Shown: piece by piece, positions 20,711 through 37,616 of the stretch
How positions within the stretch are numbered: the first letter of the stretch is position 1
Layout of the letters: every line of letters starts with the position of its first letter
Assembly (NCBI RefSeq): GCF_009914755.1
Contig: NC_060935.1
Length of the DNA: 64,000 nucleotides
Strand: one strand, 5' to 3'
Source of the DNA: the human T2T-CHM13v2.0 reference genome, Homo sapiens
Notes under the pieces: generated by a model
What the model saw: the letters and a program-made list of their open reading frames with translations, nothing else
What the model was told of the DNA's origin: nothing
The model's database searches: none
Program-made: the position numbers and the translations under genes

Positions 20711-21655
20711 ATTTATTCTCACTTTCTAGGTGATCTCATTCAGTAGAACAGCTTTAAGCACGATCTAATGCCAACAATTTCACAATCTGTATCTTTAGCC
20801 CAACTTCTCCACTCAACTCCTGACTACTGTCTCAACACTCACTTGGATATCTATCAGGCATCTCAGATTACACCTGTCCAAAACAGAACTCCTGGACTCA
20901 CTGAACCTGAAGAAAACAAAAGTACCTGCTTCACCTATACGTTTTTCCATCGCAATTAATGACATCTCCCTAACTTCCAATTGCTCAAGCCAAAAATCTA
21001 GGGCTCACCTGTGACTCTTTTCTTTCTGTATACTCCCCATCCAATGCAACAGTAATTCTAACAAATTCACCTTGAAAACATATCCACAATCACAACATTT
21101 CTCACTGCCTCTGTCACTACCACCCTGATCTAAGCCACCATCATGTGTGAATTGTGGCACCAGCCTCCTAACTGGTCTCCCTGCACCTACCCTTTCCCCC
21201 ACCACGCTCTATTCTCAAGACAGCAGTCAAAGCAATCCTTTAGAAGCCCAGATCTTAGATCACGTCATTCCTCCACTTTAACCTTCCACAGCTTCTTCTC
21301 ATCTTACTCAGAGCAAAAGCCAAAGCTTAAAATAACCAACAAAGCCCTGATCTGGCCCTCAACTATCTCTTTCTTATTATTCTACCCTTTGTTCACTCAG
21401 CTGCAGACTCCTGGCTCCTTTCCACTCTTTGAACACAACAGGCTCCTGTTTCAGGGTTCTTTGCACTTTTTATTCCTTTTTCTTGGAAGGCTCCACCTGA
21501 AATACTCATTCCCCAGATATCCTTTCTTCTGCTCAAATGTCAGCTTACCCCTGGCTCTTGCCCAACCACCCTACATAAAACATTAACTCCCACAGGTATT
21601 CCTCTTCCCTCTTATGCTGTTCCCTTTTTCCTATTCCATTAATCAACTGACAAAC

Positions 21656-22503
<848 letters not shown>

Positions 22504-22780
22504 AAACTGCATGTACTTGGGGTTTTTTGGTTATTGTTGTTGTTGCCTATCTTCCTCCATAAGAGTAGGGACTTTGTTTTGTTCCCTGCTATATCCCTGT
22601 TCCCTAAAAACGGACTGAAATACATTAGGCAAGCAAATTTTCTTTCTTTCTTCCTGTTTTCTTAAAAGAGATGGGGTCTTACCCTTTTTCCCACCTGGAG
22701 TGCAGTGGCATGATCGGATCCTCCCACCTCAGCCTCCTGAGTAGTTAAGATGAAAGGCACACGCTACTCCGCCTGGCTTA

Positions 22781-23191
<411 letters not shown>

Positions 23192-24790
23192 TTACAGGTG
23201 TGAGCCACTGTGCCCAGCCAAAATATTTAATTAAATGAAATTTGTATCTCTAACATAAAGTCACTCTTTTGAGCCTTAGACCTGTAAACTTCAATGCCTA
23301 CTTGACATTTCCAAAGGGCTGCTCCCCAGGTACTTCAAATTTACTATGTCCAATAGAATTATTCATATCTATCCAAAATCCATCTTCCGGGTATCTCTGT
23401 AAATGGCAACCCCTCCCCACTCACATCTGGTTAGTCACATGAGACACCAGGGAGCTGTCCTTGTTCTCTCTTCTTTTACCATCCCTTACCCCATATTCAA
23501 TCCACCACCAAGCCCTAGTGAATCTATCTTCCAAAGGTATCTTGAATCCATCTACTTTTCTATTTCTAGTCATTCCCACAATTGAGCCACCAGCAACCCT
23601 TACTTGGGCCATGATAAAAGCAAAATTTTTTTTGTATTATACCCATCTAATCCAAATCCACTTTCCACAAAGTAGACTGAGATCTTCTAAAAATACATTT
23701 AAAAAAATTTAGATTCAGGGGTACATGTGCAGGTTTGTTACATGAGTATATTGTGTGTATATTCCTATATACATGAGGTTTGGGCTTCTGATGATCCTGC
23801 CGCCCAAGTTGTGAACACAGTATCCGATAGGTTTTCCAACCTTTGCTCCCCTCCCTCCCTCCTTCTGGAATCCCTAGTGTTAACTGTTCCCATCCAAAAA
23901 TGCAATTTTGATGTTAGTAACTCTTTAAAAATCTTTCAATTATTACTCAATGTACTTAGGATAAAATCCAAAAATCCTTAAAAATGGCCTAAGGGTCCCT
24001 CATGGTCCGAGTCCTGCCTACCTCTCCAGCCTCAGTATCTCACATCACTTTCTGTTTTACCCACTGCACTTAAGCCACACAGATCTTTGGTCAGTTCCAA
24101 ACCCGCCACATTCTTTCCACTTCATGACCTTTGCATATGGTGATCCTACTTGCTGGACTCCTCTCTGTCCACTCCCCATGCCTGGCTAACCTCGTGTCCT
24201 TTAGATCTCAGGGTAACTGTGAATTCCTTAAAGCCTTTCCCTGCCCCACTAATTATATTTGGTCCTCTTATTAGCCTCTCATAACCCGTATATTTTTCCT
24301 CTAGGGCAAGTTTTCCTCCAAAAAATTTCCCCATGAAAAGTGGGTCTACATCTATTCTGACATTGCTACAACGTCTTGCATGATGAAAATTGCAGTTTTG
24401 TTCATTTCGTCCTGGTACCTAGCACAATGCCTGACATATTGAAGCTCGAACGTATTTGTACAATGAAGGAAGCTGTAAAGCACTATAAAAACATAACGGG
24501 TTCATGTTTAAAATTGGTCTTATGGGCTTTATTCCCCTAAGCTACATTTCCTCTGCTTCTGGTGTTGCTTGGTGTATGTGTGTGTGGGGGTGGGGGGGGG
24601 GAGGGGGAGAGGTATCTCTTCTAGAACTCTGTGTCTCAGTTTTCCCGATTCTGATACGAACTGAAAAAACAATCTTTCTCTTTCCCTAAGTGTCAATTAC
24701 CGCTTCTAGAATAGCACTTTGGGTACAGCGACGAAAATTTATACACCAAACCCTACCTTCCAGGGGAGTTTGGCGAACCACAACACTTAC

Positions 24791-24902
24791 CAATGAATGA
24801 ACCTGTTTCTGGTTACGGAGAACAACTTGCCACTCTCCACGTAGTAAAAGCCTCCCGCGCTTTCACTGTATTTTACGGCGCCAGCCACGGCATTTGCAGT
24901 CC
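24791..24902 (-). CDS. NUP160: NUP160 exon 2 (112 nt)
   Basis: Acceptor TTTTGCAG|. Encodes (G)TANAVAGAVKYSESAGGFYYVESGKLFSVTRNRFIH(W). Donor TG|GTAAGT. Phase joins exons 1 and 3. Confidence 0.97.
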
Positions 24903-25760
24903 CTGCAAAATGAACGTGGTCAGCCTGCACACGCGTCTTCTGAGAAATGACAGGGACTAAGGGAGCTGACAAAGCAGAGAGTGACAGACTGACAACCCAT
25001 ACAAAGAAAAGAGGAAAACGTCGGACATCAAGGAATCTCTGATCCCGGGGCTAGAGGCATGTGGACTCAGGAGGATGAAACAGGGCGTCAGGGACCCTGG
25101 GACCCATGAGAGGAGCCCGAGGGGACAGATGGGATCGCACCCTCCCTGGCCATTTCCGTACCAATGCTGCAGACTGTGAATTCCCGAAAGTGCCTCGGCC
25201 TTTCGCGCTCAGCTCCGCTTAGCTCCACGAAGCTCCGTTCCAGGGCTCCCGCCGCCGCCATCTTCCCGCCGTCGCCGCGACGCCCAACGGAACAAAGGCA
25301 GGGCCGCGCGGTCGCCGTCACTTCCGGGGGTGGGGCGGGCGGAGCTGCGGACAGGTGAAGCATTCCGGGAGCAGAAAGGCGGCTCCGGCCCTTCGTTGCG
25401 AGGCTTCCACCGGGAGAATGAGGGTGGGCAGCGAGGAATCCAGAAGAGAAGGGGGCAGGGGAGGCAGACTCTATCTGCGGGAACCTTCCAGTGGCCGGCT
25501 GGAACGCCTCCGGAGGGCGGTGCTCTTTTCTCAGCGGCCGCAGGGCAGGGGGCGGGGCCGGGTTTGTTTCTGTTTCTAAAACGCGGGGCTCAGTCGACCA
25601 GGAGGGGCGAGGTCCGGGGAGTCCCGGCCTTTCGGCGTCCTCTGCCGGATCCCGGGTTTATGGTCACCTCTCCCTCGGTTAGGGTGTCCGTCTGTAAATC
25701 TTTGGCGATCCTCCCTTCGCTCTTCAGTGGCGACACTTGGGATGGCGGGGTGAGGAAGGG
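24830..25760 (-). promoter_or_regulatory. CpG island / TATA-less housekeeping promoter of NUP160
   Basis: The only extended GC- and CpG-rich non-repeat stretch in the window. Contains a GC box GGGGCGGGGC (25549-25558), an ETS/GABP site CCGGAAGT on minus (25320-25327), a YY1-type AAGATGGCGGC overlapping the ATG at 25261, and an E2F-type TTTCGCGC (25201-25208). Boundaries estimated by eye. Confidence 0.88.
25162..25363 (-). CDS. NUP160: NUP160 coding exon 1 (202 nt from the first ATG; second in-frame ATG at 25261)
   Basis: Translates MLHLSAAPPAPPPEVTATARPCLCSVGRRGDGGKMAAAGALERSFVELSGAERERPRHFREFTVCSI(G), the N-terminus of human nucleoporin 160. Donor TTG|GTACGG at 25161. Lies in a CpG island. 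Confidence 0.97.
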
Positions 25761-26525
25761 GTAGTGAGGGAAAGGCCTTTGGTTTTGGTCTTTCCCCTCC
25801 CCAAGAGACTGTATTCGTGTATTCCTGTATAATGAAACGTAATGTGGTAAACCTTGGTGCTGCCACTTGCTGAGGTTACCTGAGTGCTACTCACTTGGAT
25901 ACGTGAAAGGAATTTGCCATTCCTTCCACCCGTGATCTTGCACTTGGCTGTCAATGCAGTAAGGGCCCATAGTGGGTGTTTAGAAGATATTGTGGGAGTA
26001 GATGTTCAAAATCGAGGAAAATGCTAATCTCCAGCGGGGAAGGTTTTGTTCCTTAGTGATAGCCAATAGAAGTTAAAGCACTTCTATTACCAGTGACCAC
26101 AACCATTCCCTGTCATTCTCCGTTTCATTTATCTGGTTCCGACCATCATTTTCTATCTTTCCACTTCACTCCCTCTGGGACACCAACTTTGGCAGTGCAG
26201 TCCCCTCATTCTACCTGGAATCCATTGTTCTACAAAATCTTCACTGTCCCACACTTCTTTGGTGTTTCTTTCTTATCCTGAATACCATTAAATTACTTCA
26301 TTGCCTAACTCTTCATCGGTAAAAACTACAACTTCGACTACATTCAAATCTGTAGCTGAACATGACTGGAGAAAACTATACACCCGGGTCGGGCGTGGCT
26401 CCCAGCATTTTGGGAGGCCAAGGCGTGAGGATCACTTGAGGTCAGGAGTCCGAGACCAGCCTGGCCAACATGGTGAAACCCGGTCTCTACCAAAAATAGA
26501 AAAATTAGCCGGGCGCGGTGGCTCA

Positions 26526-26975
<450 letters not shown>

Positions 26976-27659
26976 TCAAAAAAAGAAAAGAAAGAAAACA
27001 GAAAACTATACACCCATACTGACATGCCTCCCTGTAACTCCATCAGGACCATGTACCTTGAGTGGGCCCATAATGCTGCCCAGCAAACACATTGTATTTG
27101 CCTTCTCCATTTACTGTTCTAAATGAATATTTCATAACTCCTATAACCTCCATTGCCTCCTTTGTCATCCTGACTCTCAGCTTGCTTCTTCATTTAGAAA
27201 ATTAAAGCAGAGGCTGAGATGGAAGGATGGCTTGAGGCCAGGAGTTCAAGACAAGCCTGGGCAACATACCCCCATCTCTAATAAAAATTTTTAAAAAACT
27301 AGCCAGGCATAGTTGTGTGCCTCTGTAGTCCCAGCTATAGGAGGTTTCTTGAGCCCAGGAGTTGGAGGATACAGTGAGCTACAATCCTGCCACTGTGCTC
27401 CAGCATGGCCAGAAAGACACCCATCTGGAAAGAAGGAAGGAGGAAGGGAGGACTTCCTCTATAATGACATCTCCCCACCTACCAGCATCTGTAACCACAT
27501 ATTTTGCCTTCCCTTCCTGTTACTATAAACTGTCTCTGAGCTTATGCAGAGACAACCTTTCTACTTCCTTAGAACACCTGCTCAAGGACATCATTCTAGC
27601 AATTCAATTATTTCCATTTTCAGTCTTTTCCCCTTTTCTCTTAGTACTGTATGTACTAA

Positions 27660-28116
<457 letters not shown>

Positions 28117-29531
28117 TAAATCCATGTTTTTCAGGCTTTTGCTTCTACTGCCTTGCTGAAACTGCTTTTTTCCGGGTTATCAATGGCATCCACATTATCT
28201 GTCTAATACTAAACTGCTATTTCTTTTTTCTGACACATAATCTTGCTCTGTTATCCAGGCTGGGGTGCAGTGATGTGATCCCAGCTCATTGCAGCCTCAA
28301 ACTCCTGGGCTGAGGTGATCCTCCTGCCTCAGCCTCTCGAGTAGCTGGGGCCACAGGCTTGTGCCACCATGCCCTGCCAAATTTTTTATTTTTTATTTTT
28401 TGTAGAGACAAGGTCTTCCTATGTTGCCCAGGCTGGTCTCAAACTCCAGGCCTCAAGCGATCCTCCTACCTCTGCCTCCCAAAGTGCTGGGATTACAGGC
28501 GTGAGCCACAGCACCTGGCCTGAACTGTTATTTCTAAGCTTATTTGACTACTTGTAGAATTTGACCAATTGCTTGCTCCTTCCTCGTGGAAACACATTCT
28601 TCATGTGGCATCAAGGACGCCACTCTCTTGATTCTACCTATTTCACTAACTGTTCCTTTTCAGACTCCTTTCCTAGATGCTCCTCTTTTCCCCAACCTCT
28701 TGATGTTGGAGTGTCCAGAGTTCAGTTCTTGGTCCTTTCCATCTACAAACACTCCCCTGAGAATCTCACCCAGTCTTCTGGCTTTAAATACTGCATTGTT
28801 ATATGCCGATCATCCCCAAATGTATACCTCCAGTCTAAGCTTCTCCCCCGAAGTCCAGGTTTATATATTCAACGGCCTATTTTGTATCTTAGATGTAACA
28901 TGTCTGAAACTGAAGTCCTAACCTCTCTCCCCACACTTACTTTCCCCATCGCAGTTACCAGCACTGTTCCAGTTGCTCAGCCTCCTGAGTAGCTGGGATT
29001 ACAGGTGCTTGCCACTACGCCTGGCTTATTTTTTTTGTATGTTTAGTAGAGATGAGGTTTCACAGTGTTAGCCAGGATGGTCTCAATCTCCTGACCTCAT
29101 GATCTGCCTGCCTCGGCCTCACAAAGTGCTGGGATTACAGGTGTGAGTCACCGCGCCTGGCCACACTTCAACTGTTATTATTTACAAATTCCTGGTTATC
29201 TAAGTTATAACTGCTCATGACACTGATGTGCCACAGTAGAGAGAACTATTCCGAAGACTGATTATTTCCACTTTCGTATCTAGAGGTCAGACCTCTTTTG
29301 CCGAGTTCTCAGCCTTTTATATTCAGTTGCCTCCTTGATGCCCCTTGGATTTCCCATGGACATCTCAAATTCAACATATCCAAAATGTTACCCCTCTCTA
29401 TATAGTCTCACTATATACTCTCACATGTAGTCTATATCTGTGTGGACATCACCACTGTGGCCCAGTCTAGAAATCTAGTAATTACCCTGGACTTTTCTCT
29501 TTTAATCCCAACACCCAAATCTCATATATCC

Positions 29532-29932
29532 ATATGGCAAAAGAAAGATGGCCACAAATTCTTTGACATTGTTCCCATCCAGAAGTGTAGCCTTCTTTGT
29601 CCCCTCCCCTTAAATCTGGAGGGTTCTGTAACTGCTATAAGGAATATAATACAGCAAAAGTGATGCTGTGCCAGCCTAGCTTAAGAGAGTCTACATCTCT
29701 CTTTGAAGACTGGCTATAGGGGAAGCAAGCTGCCATGTAAGAAATTTGGCTACGCCGGGGCCATCCTAGGCAGATTGCAGGGAGAGACCACACACAGAGA
29801 CTCTAATTCTACTTGAAGTGAGAGATGCCTGGTAAGTCCCCAGGTCCCAGATATTTTGTAGAGCACAGATGAGTCATGACCACTGAGCCCTGTCCAAATT
29901 GCATATTAATGAGCTAAATACATGATTGCTAT
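29532..29932 (+). mobile_element. MaLR LTR (MLT1G-like)
   Basis: 'aaagatggccacaaattctttgaca...agtgatgctgtgccag...gctgccatgtaagaa...gagccctgtccaaattgca...atgagctaaata'. Confidence 0.68.
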
Positions 29933-30483
29933 TTTTATTTTTATTAAATTAAATTAATTAATTAATTAATTTTGAGACAGAATCTCACTCTGTCGCCCAG
30001 GCTGGAGTGCAGTGGCTCAATCTTGGCTCACTGCAACCTCCAGCTCCTGGGTTCAAGTAGAGGTGGGGTTTTACCATGTTGGCCAGGCTGGTCTCGAACT
30101 CCTGACCTCAAGTGATCCACCCGTCTCAGCCTCCCAAAGTGCTAGGATTACAGGCATGAGCCACCGCGCCCGGCCTCAATGTACATATTTAATGTAGTAA
30201 TGTTTTTTCATTTTTTTCTCAGAAAAAAATGTTAAATTGATGAGGCATGTTTCGGTTTTATAGGAATCTAGGAATTACATTTTTTGACAGTGAACACTTT
30301 TTAGCTTTAGATCACTGTCTTATCTCCAACATCCATCAGAATTCCGGGAACTTCACGTTACCTAATAAATGTTTGAGGAATAATTAAATGAATGAATAAG
30401 TGCATATATGCATTTTTGGAAAACTCAAATACCCTTTGAACTATTAATGTTCTGGGGGATGGTTATAACATAAATTGAATCAT

Positions 30484-30500
30484 ATTGCCATCTAGTGGTT
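30484..30500 (-). promoter_or_regulatory. Candidate CTCF site
   Basis: Minus strand AACCACTAGATGGCAAT contains the CTCF core variant CCACTAGATGGCA in non-repetitive DNA. Motif match only. Confidence 0.6.
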
Positions 30501-31422
30501 AGGTAGTGACTTCGTTTAGAAACAAAATGCAGAATGTTACCAATATTGTGCAGCAAGTTTTATTTAAATACTTTTTTTTTTTTTCAGATGGAGTCTCGCT
30601 CTGTTGCTCACACTGGAGTGAAGTGGCGCGATCTCTGCTCACTGCAACCTCTACTTCCCAGGTTCAAGCGATTCTCCTGCCTCAGTCTCCTGAGTAGCTG
30701 GGATTCCAGGCACGCACCACCACACCTGGCTAATTTTTGTACTTTTAGTAGAGATGGGGTTTCACCATGTTGGTGAGGCTGGTCTTGAACATCCGACCTC
30801 GTGATCCGCCCGCCTCGGCCTCCCAAAGTGCTGGGATTCCCGAAGGCGTGAGCCACCGCGCCCGGACTTTTTCTTTATTTTTTTTTTTTTGAGACGGAGT
30901 TTCGCTCTGTTGCCCGGGCTAGAGTGCAGTGGGGCATGATCTCAGCTGACTGCAATCTCTGCCTGCTGAGTTCAAGTGATTATCCTGCCTCAGCCTCCTG
31001 AGTACCTGGGATTACAGGTGCCCGACACCACGCCCGGCTAATTGTTTTATTTTTAGTAGAAACAGGGTTTCACCATCTTGGCCAGGCTGGTCTTGAACTC
31101 CTGACCTCGTGATCCACCCACTTTGGCCTCCCAAAGTGCTGGGATTACAGGTGTGAGCCACTGCGCTCAGCTGAACAATACTGTTAATTGAACTTTAAGC
31201 AGATTTTCATAACCAACTTGATAGCTACTCCTTGAAAGAAGAATTTGGTGGTTTAAACAAGTGTGGGAAATGATGATAAATAAAGTTAAACATATTTCTT
31301 TCTTGAAGAACTTTTCAAAGACATTAATATAATAGCTTTGTGAAGTTCCAAGAAGGCCTTATGCATGATACTGCTTTCCAGACTCTTTGACATACAGAAT
31401 ACTCTTTTCAAGGGGCAACTCA

Positions 31423-31632
<210 letters not shown>

Positions 31633-31900
31633 TTATCCAAGTATGGTAGTGTACACCTGTAGTTTCAGCTACTTGGGAGGCTGGGGCAGGAGGATCCCTT
31701 GAGCCCAGAAGTTCAAGGTTATAATGAGCTATGACTGTGCCGCTGCACTCCAGCCTGGGTGACAGAACGAGACTCTGTTTCTAAAAAAAAAGCAGAATTG
31801 TGGAATAAATGAAGTATGTCAGTGACTTCTCAATTCCGTTTTCAGTATTCTTTCTACCCACTTAGGAAACCACCATGACTTTAGACTCCAGGGCCTTTGA

Positions 31901-32512
<612 letters not shown>

Positions 32513-34134
32513 TAGTAGAGATAGGGTTTCGCCATGTTGGCCAGGCTGGTCTCGAACTCCCGGCCTCAAGTGATCCCCCACCTTGGCCTCCCAAAGTGCT
32601 GGGATTACAGGCGTAAGCCACTGTGCCCAGCCAATTTTCTGTAAATTTCAATTATGATTCATTATATGATTAGTTAAATGTTACTTCTGTATCTTTGTAG
32701 GAGCTTACATGTAATTTAATTCACAAAATCAAAACAAACTCTTGCTAAGGTGGGCGAGGTGGCTCACGCCTGTAATCCCAGCAGTTTGGGAGGCTGAGGC
32801 GACAGATCACTTGAGGTCAGGAGTTCAAGACCAGCCTAGCCAACATGGTGAAACCCCACGTCTACTAAAAATATAAAAAAAATTAGCCAGGCATGATGGC
32901 ATGCACCTGTAATCCCAGCTACTAGGGAGGCTGAGGCAGGAGAATCGCTTGAACCTGGGTGGTGGAGGTTGCAGTGGTGCCATAATGAGCCAAGGTGGCA
33001 CCACTGCACTCCAGCCTGGGCGACAAAGCAAGACTCCATCTCAAAAAAAAAAAAAAAAATCCTCGCTTGAACCATATGTTCTGAGTTTTACTTCTGAAAA
33101 TATGAATGCCTTACCTATTAAAACTAGCTCTGGTATAACTGGAAATGAGTTGACATTATAGTAATTCACACTGAGGTGCTGATGACTATAAAAACTTCAT
33201 AAATTGCCTTTCCCAGAGGTAAGTCATGGCAACATACACTACCTTAACTGGTAGGGCATTGCCCCTCCTCCCTCTCTTGCTAATCAGTTGTGGGAGTCCT
33301 TTTCTACTGCCTCGGTATCATTTTCAACAGAGTGATTCAGAGAGCTATCAGCTGACTGGAATTGGCACGTTATCTATATACTCCACTTACCATCTCATTC
33401 AAAGGGATTAAACTCTAGTGGTGGAATTGGAGGCATCAACAAAGAACCAGATGTGCAGGTAGCCTCAGTAGGGGCAGTTAAGTTCATCTCAGTAAAATAT
33501 GTTTAATATTAGTCTTTTTTTTTTCTTTTTTAAGATAGAGTCTCACTCTGTTGCCCAGGCTGGAGTGAAGTGGCACCATCTCCACTCACTGCAGCCTCTG
33601 TCTTTTGGGTTCAAGCATTGTCCTGCCTCAGCCTCCCGAGTAGCTAGGATTACAGGTGCTCACCACCACGCCCAGCGAATTTTTGTATTTTTAGTAGAGA
33701 CAGGGTTTCACCATGTTGGCGAGGCTGGTCTTGAACTCCTGACCTCAGGTGATCCACCTGCCTTGGCCTCCCAAAATGCTGGGATTACAGGCGTGAGCCA
33801 CCGCGCCTGGCCAATATTAGTCTTAAAAAACAAGGTGGGCCAAGCATGGTCTCGCCATGTTAGCCAGGCTGGTCTCGAACTCGAGGCGGGCACAGGAGTT
33901 TGAGACAAGCCTGGGCAACATGGCGAAACCCCATCTCTACATAAAGTACAAAAATTAGCCAGGTGTGGTGGTACATGCCTGTAGTATCAGCTACTCTGGA
34001 GGCTGAGGTGGGAGGGAGGATGACCTGAGCCCAGGGAGGTTGAGGCTGCAGTGAGCTAGCTGAGATCACATTACTGGGCAACAGAGACCCTGTTTAAAAA
34101 AAAAAAAAATCAAGATCAAAAGTTGATCCAGTAA

Positions 34135-34341
<207 letters not shown>

Positions 34342-35546
34342 TAGTAAAGACAGAGTTTTACCATGTTGGTCAGGCTGGTCTTGAACTCCTGACCTCAAGT
34401 GATCTGCCTGCCTCGGCCTCCCAAAGTGCTGGCATTACAGGTGTGAGCCACTGTGCCTGGCCTCAGAAGTGCTTTTTAATATAAAAGTGTACAATACAAT
34501 TAAGAGGCTAGAAATTCAGATATTTGAGTAGAGATTCTCACCTATATCTAGACCCTCTTGAAGTTGCACCCACTTCAAACCCTCCCTTCTCATTCGGTTC
34601 TGTCTTAAAACCTCAGGGCTATCACTTCCTTTGTTGCTGCATGATCATGGGCAATGCCAATCAATGTGCTCACGTCTTTATGTCTTTCTCTGCAAAATAA
34701 TGATGGCAATAAATATCAGTTGAGAGATTTTTGCAGTCTGTTTCATTCTTTTCTCTTTTCATCTGCTCCTGAGAGTTTTTTTTTTTAATATCCTTCTCCT
34801 GTGCTACCCCTACAAAGAATAAAAAGCTTCAAATCATAAAAATAGGATGAGTTTTTAGAAGTATCACTCCTTCCTCATTTTGCCTGCCAAGTTTCAATTT
34901 GGTGCAGGTGCCGAAAGATGTTTATAGGCAAATAAAATAAGTCACTTCCACGTCTCAGAGCAAGGATGCTCAGTGACCCGAATAGGGGTTAGAACTTTGA
35001 TGAGAGGCTCCAGTTTGAGGTCAGAGGCCAATGCTTTTCCAAACCCCCAGACTTTAGTCTTGTTTTGGCTTGCATTTGTCACTGCCCAAATCTTGCAAGA
35101 ATTTCTGGCAATTAAATTAGTCAAAATGTGTGACTACAATTTCAGAGCTGGCAAAGCCTCTATGGGCAGCCACAGGTCCACACCCAGTGATTGTTTATAT
35201 TTCTCTCGCATCCTCCAGGATCTTGCTTACGCACCAGTTTCTCTTGAGTAACGGTATGTGGAGCCAAGTCAGTAACGGTAATATTCCTTGTCTGCCTCCT
35301 TGGGCTGGTCCTGACGCTGGCCTCGACAATGCCAGGCTCTGGAACTATTTGTTTCTGAATTCCAGCCAAGAAGTCTAACAATTCTCTCCTTTCCTTTCCA
35401 TCGCCCTCTTCTTCCTTACTAATGCCAAGTCTGGGATTTTCCTTGTCTAAAGACCACAGGGGCAAGGAAATGAACTTTCTTGGGATACCACAGACCACTT
35501 AACAGAAAATGTGCCCTTTGTTCTCATTCAAATGCCTTTTCCTTAA

Positions 35547-35903
<357 letters not shown>

Positions 35904-35915
35904 TGATTTTTCCTA

Positions 35916-36281
<366 letters not shown>

Positions 36282-36439
36282 TCACCCTTGTAATCCCAGC
36301 ACTTTGGGAGGCCAAGGCGGGTGGATCATGAGGTCAGGAGTTCAAGACCAGCCTGACCAACATGGTGAAACCCAGTCTCTACTAAAAATACAAAAATTAG
36401 CCAGGTGTAGTGGTGTGTGCCTGTAATCCCAGCTACTTA

Positions 36440-36619
<180 letters not shown>

Positions 36620-37132
36620 CTATTAGTTGTGTCTGAATCCATTCTTTAAACATTTTAAAATGCTTTTAGCTCCTAGCAACCATATCCAAAACAAAGGAAG
36701 CAAACCCTTGTATTTACCTACAGGAAATAGAAAGATGCAGGTCTGGCTGTTGATCACTGATTCCACCATGAGCCAGAAAATTTTACTTCATTTGGCCAAA
36801 CCCCGGGACAGTTCAGTAGGGATTGCTGTTGACACAAATAGGGGTTCCAGTTCCCACTGTTAACTAACCACTTGGCCTTGACAAGTCACTTCATTTCTCT
36901 GGGCCTCAGTTTCCTCATCTGTAAAATGAGGCCTCTGGGCTTCATGATCTCTTAGGTTTCCTGGTTCACAACTAGGAAAATGCTAAGATAAAGGTATAGG
37001 TATAAACATCTTTAAAAAGTCAGAAAAACATCTATAACATTTCAAAAGAACAATCTCTAGTGGATAAAAATATGTGTACAGTACAGTTGACTCAACAATT
37101 TCACTCAGAGTTTTATCCTAAGGAAACAATCA

Positions 37133-37497
<365 letters not shown>

Positions 37498-37616
37498 TTA
37501 ATTTTAGAATAGGTTTAGATTTACAAAGAAATTGTAAAGGTAGTACAGAGATTTCCCGTATACTCCATCTATTCTCTCTCCCCAGCTCCCCTATTGTTAA
37601 CAGTTTATGTTAGTAT

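Noticed and set aside
25330-25954. ORFs on both strands over the promoter, suggesting a divergent gene
   Set aside because: Stop-poor GC-rich CpG-island sequence gives spurious ORFs. There is no recognisable protein or downstream exon chain. A divergent noncoding transcript cannot be judged from sequence alone.
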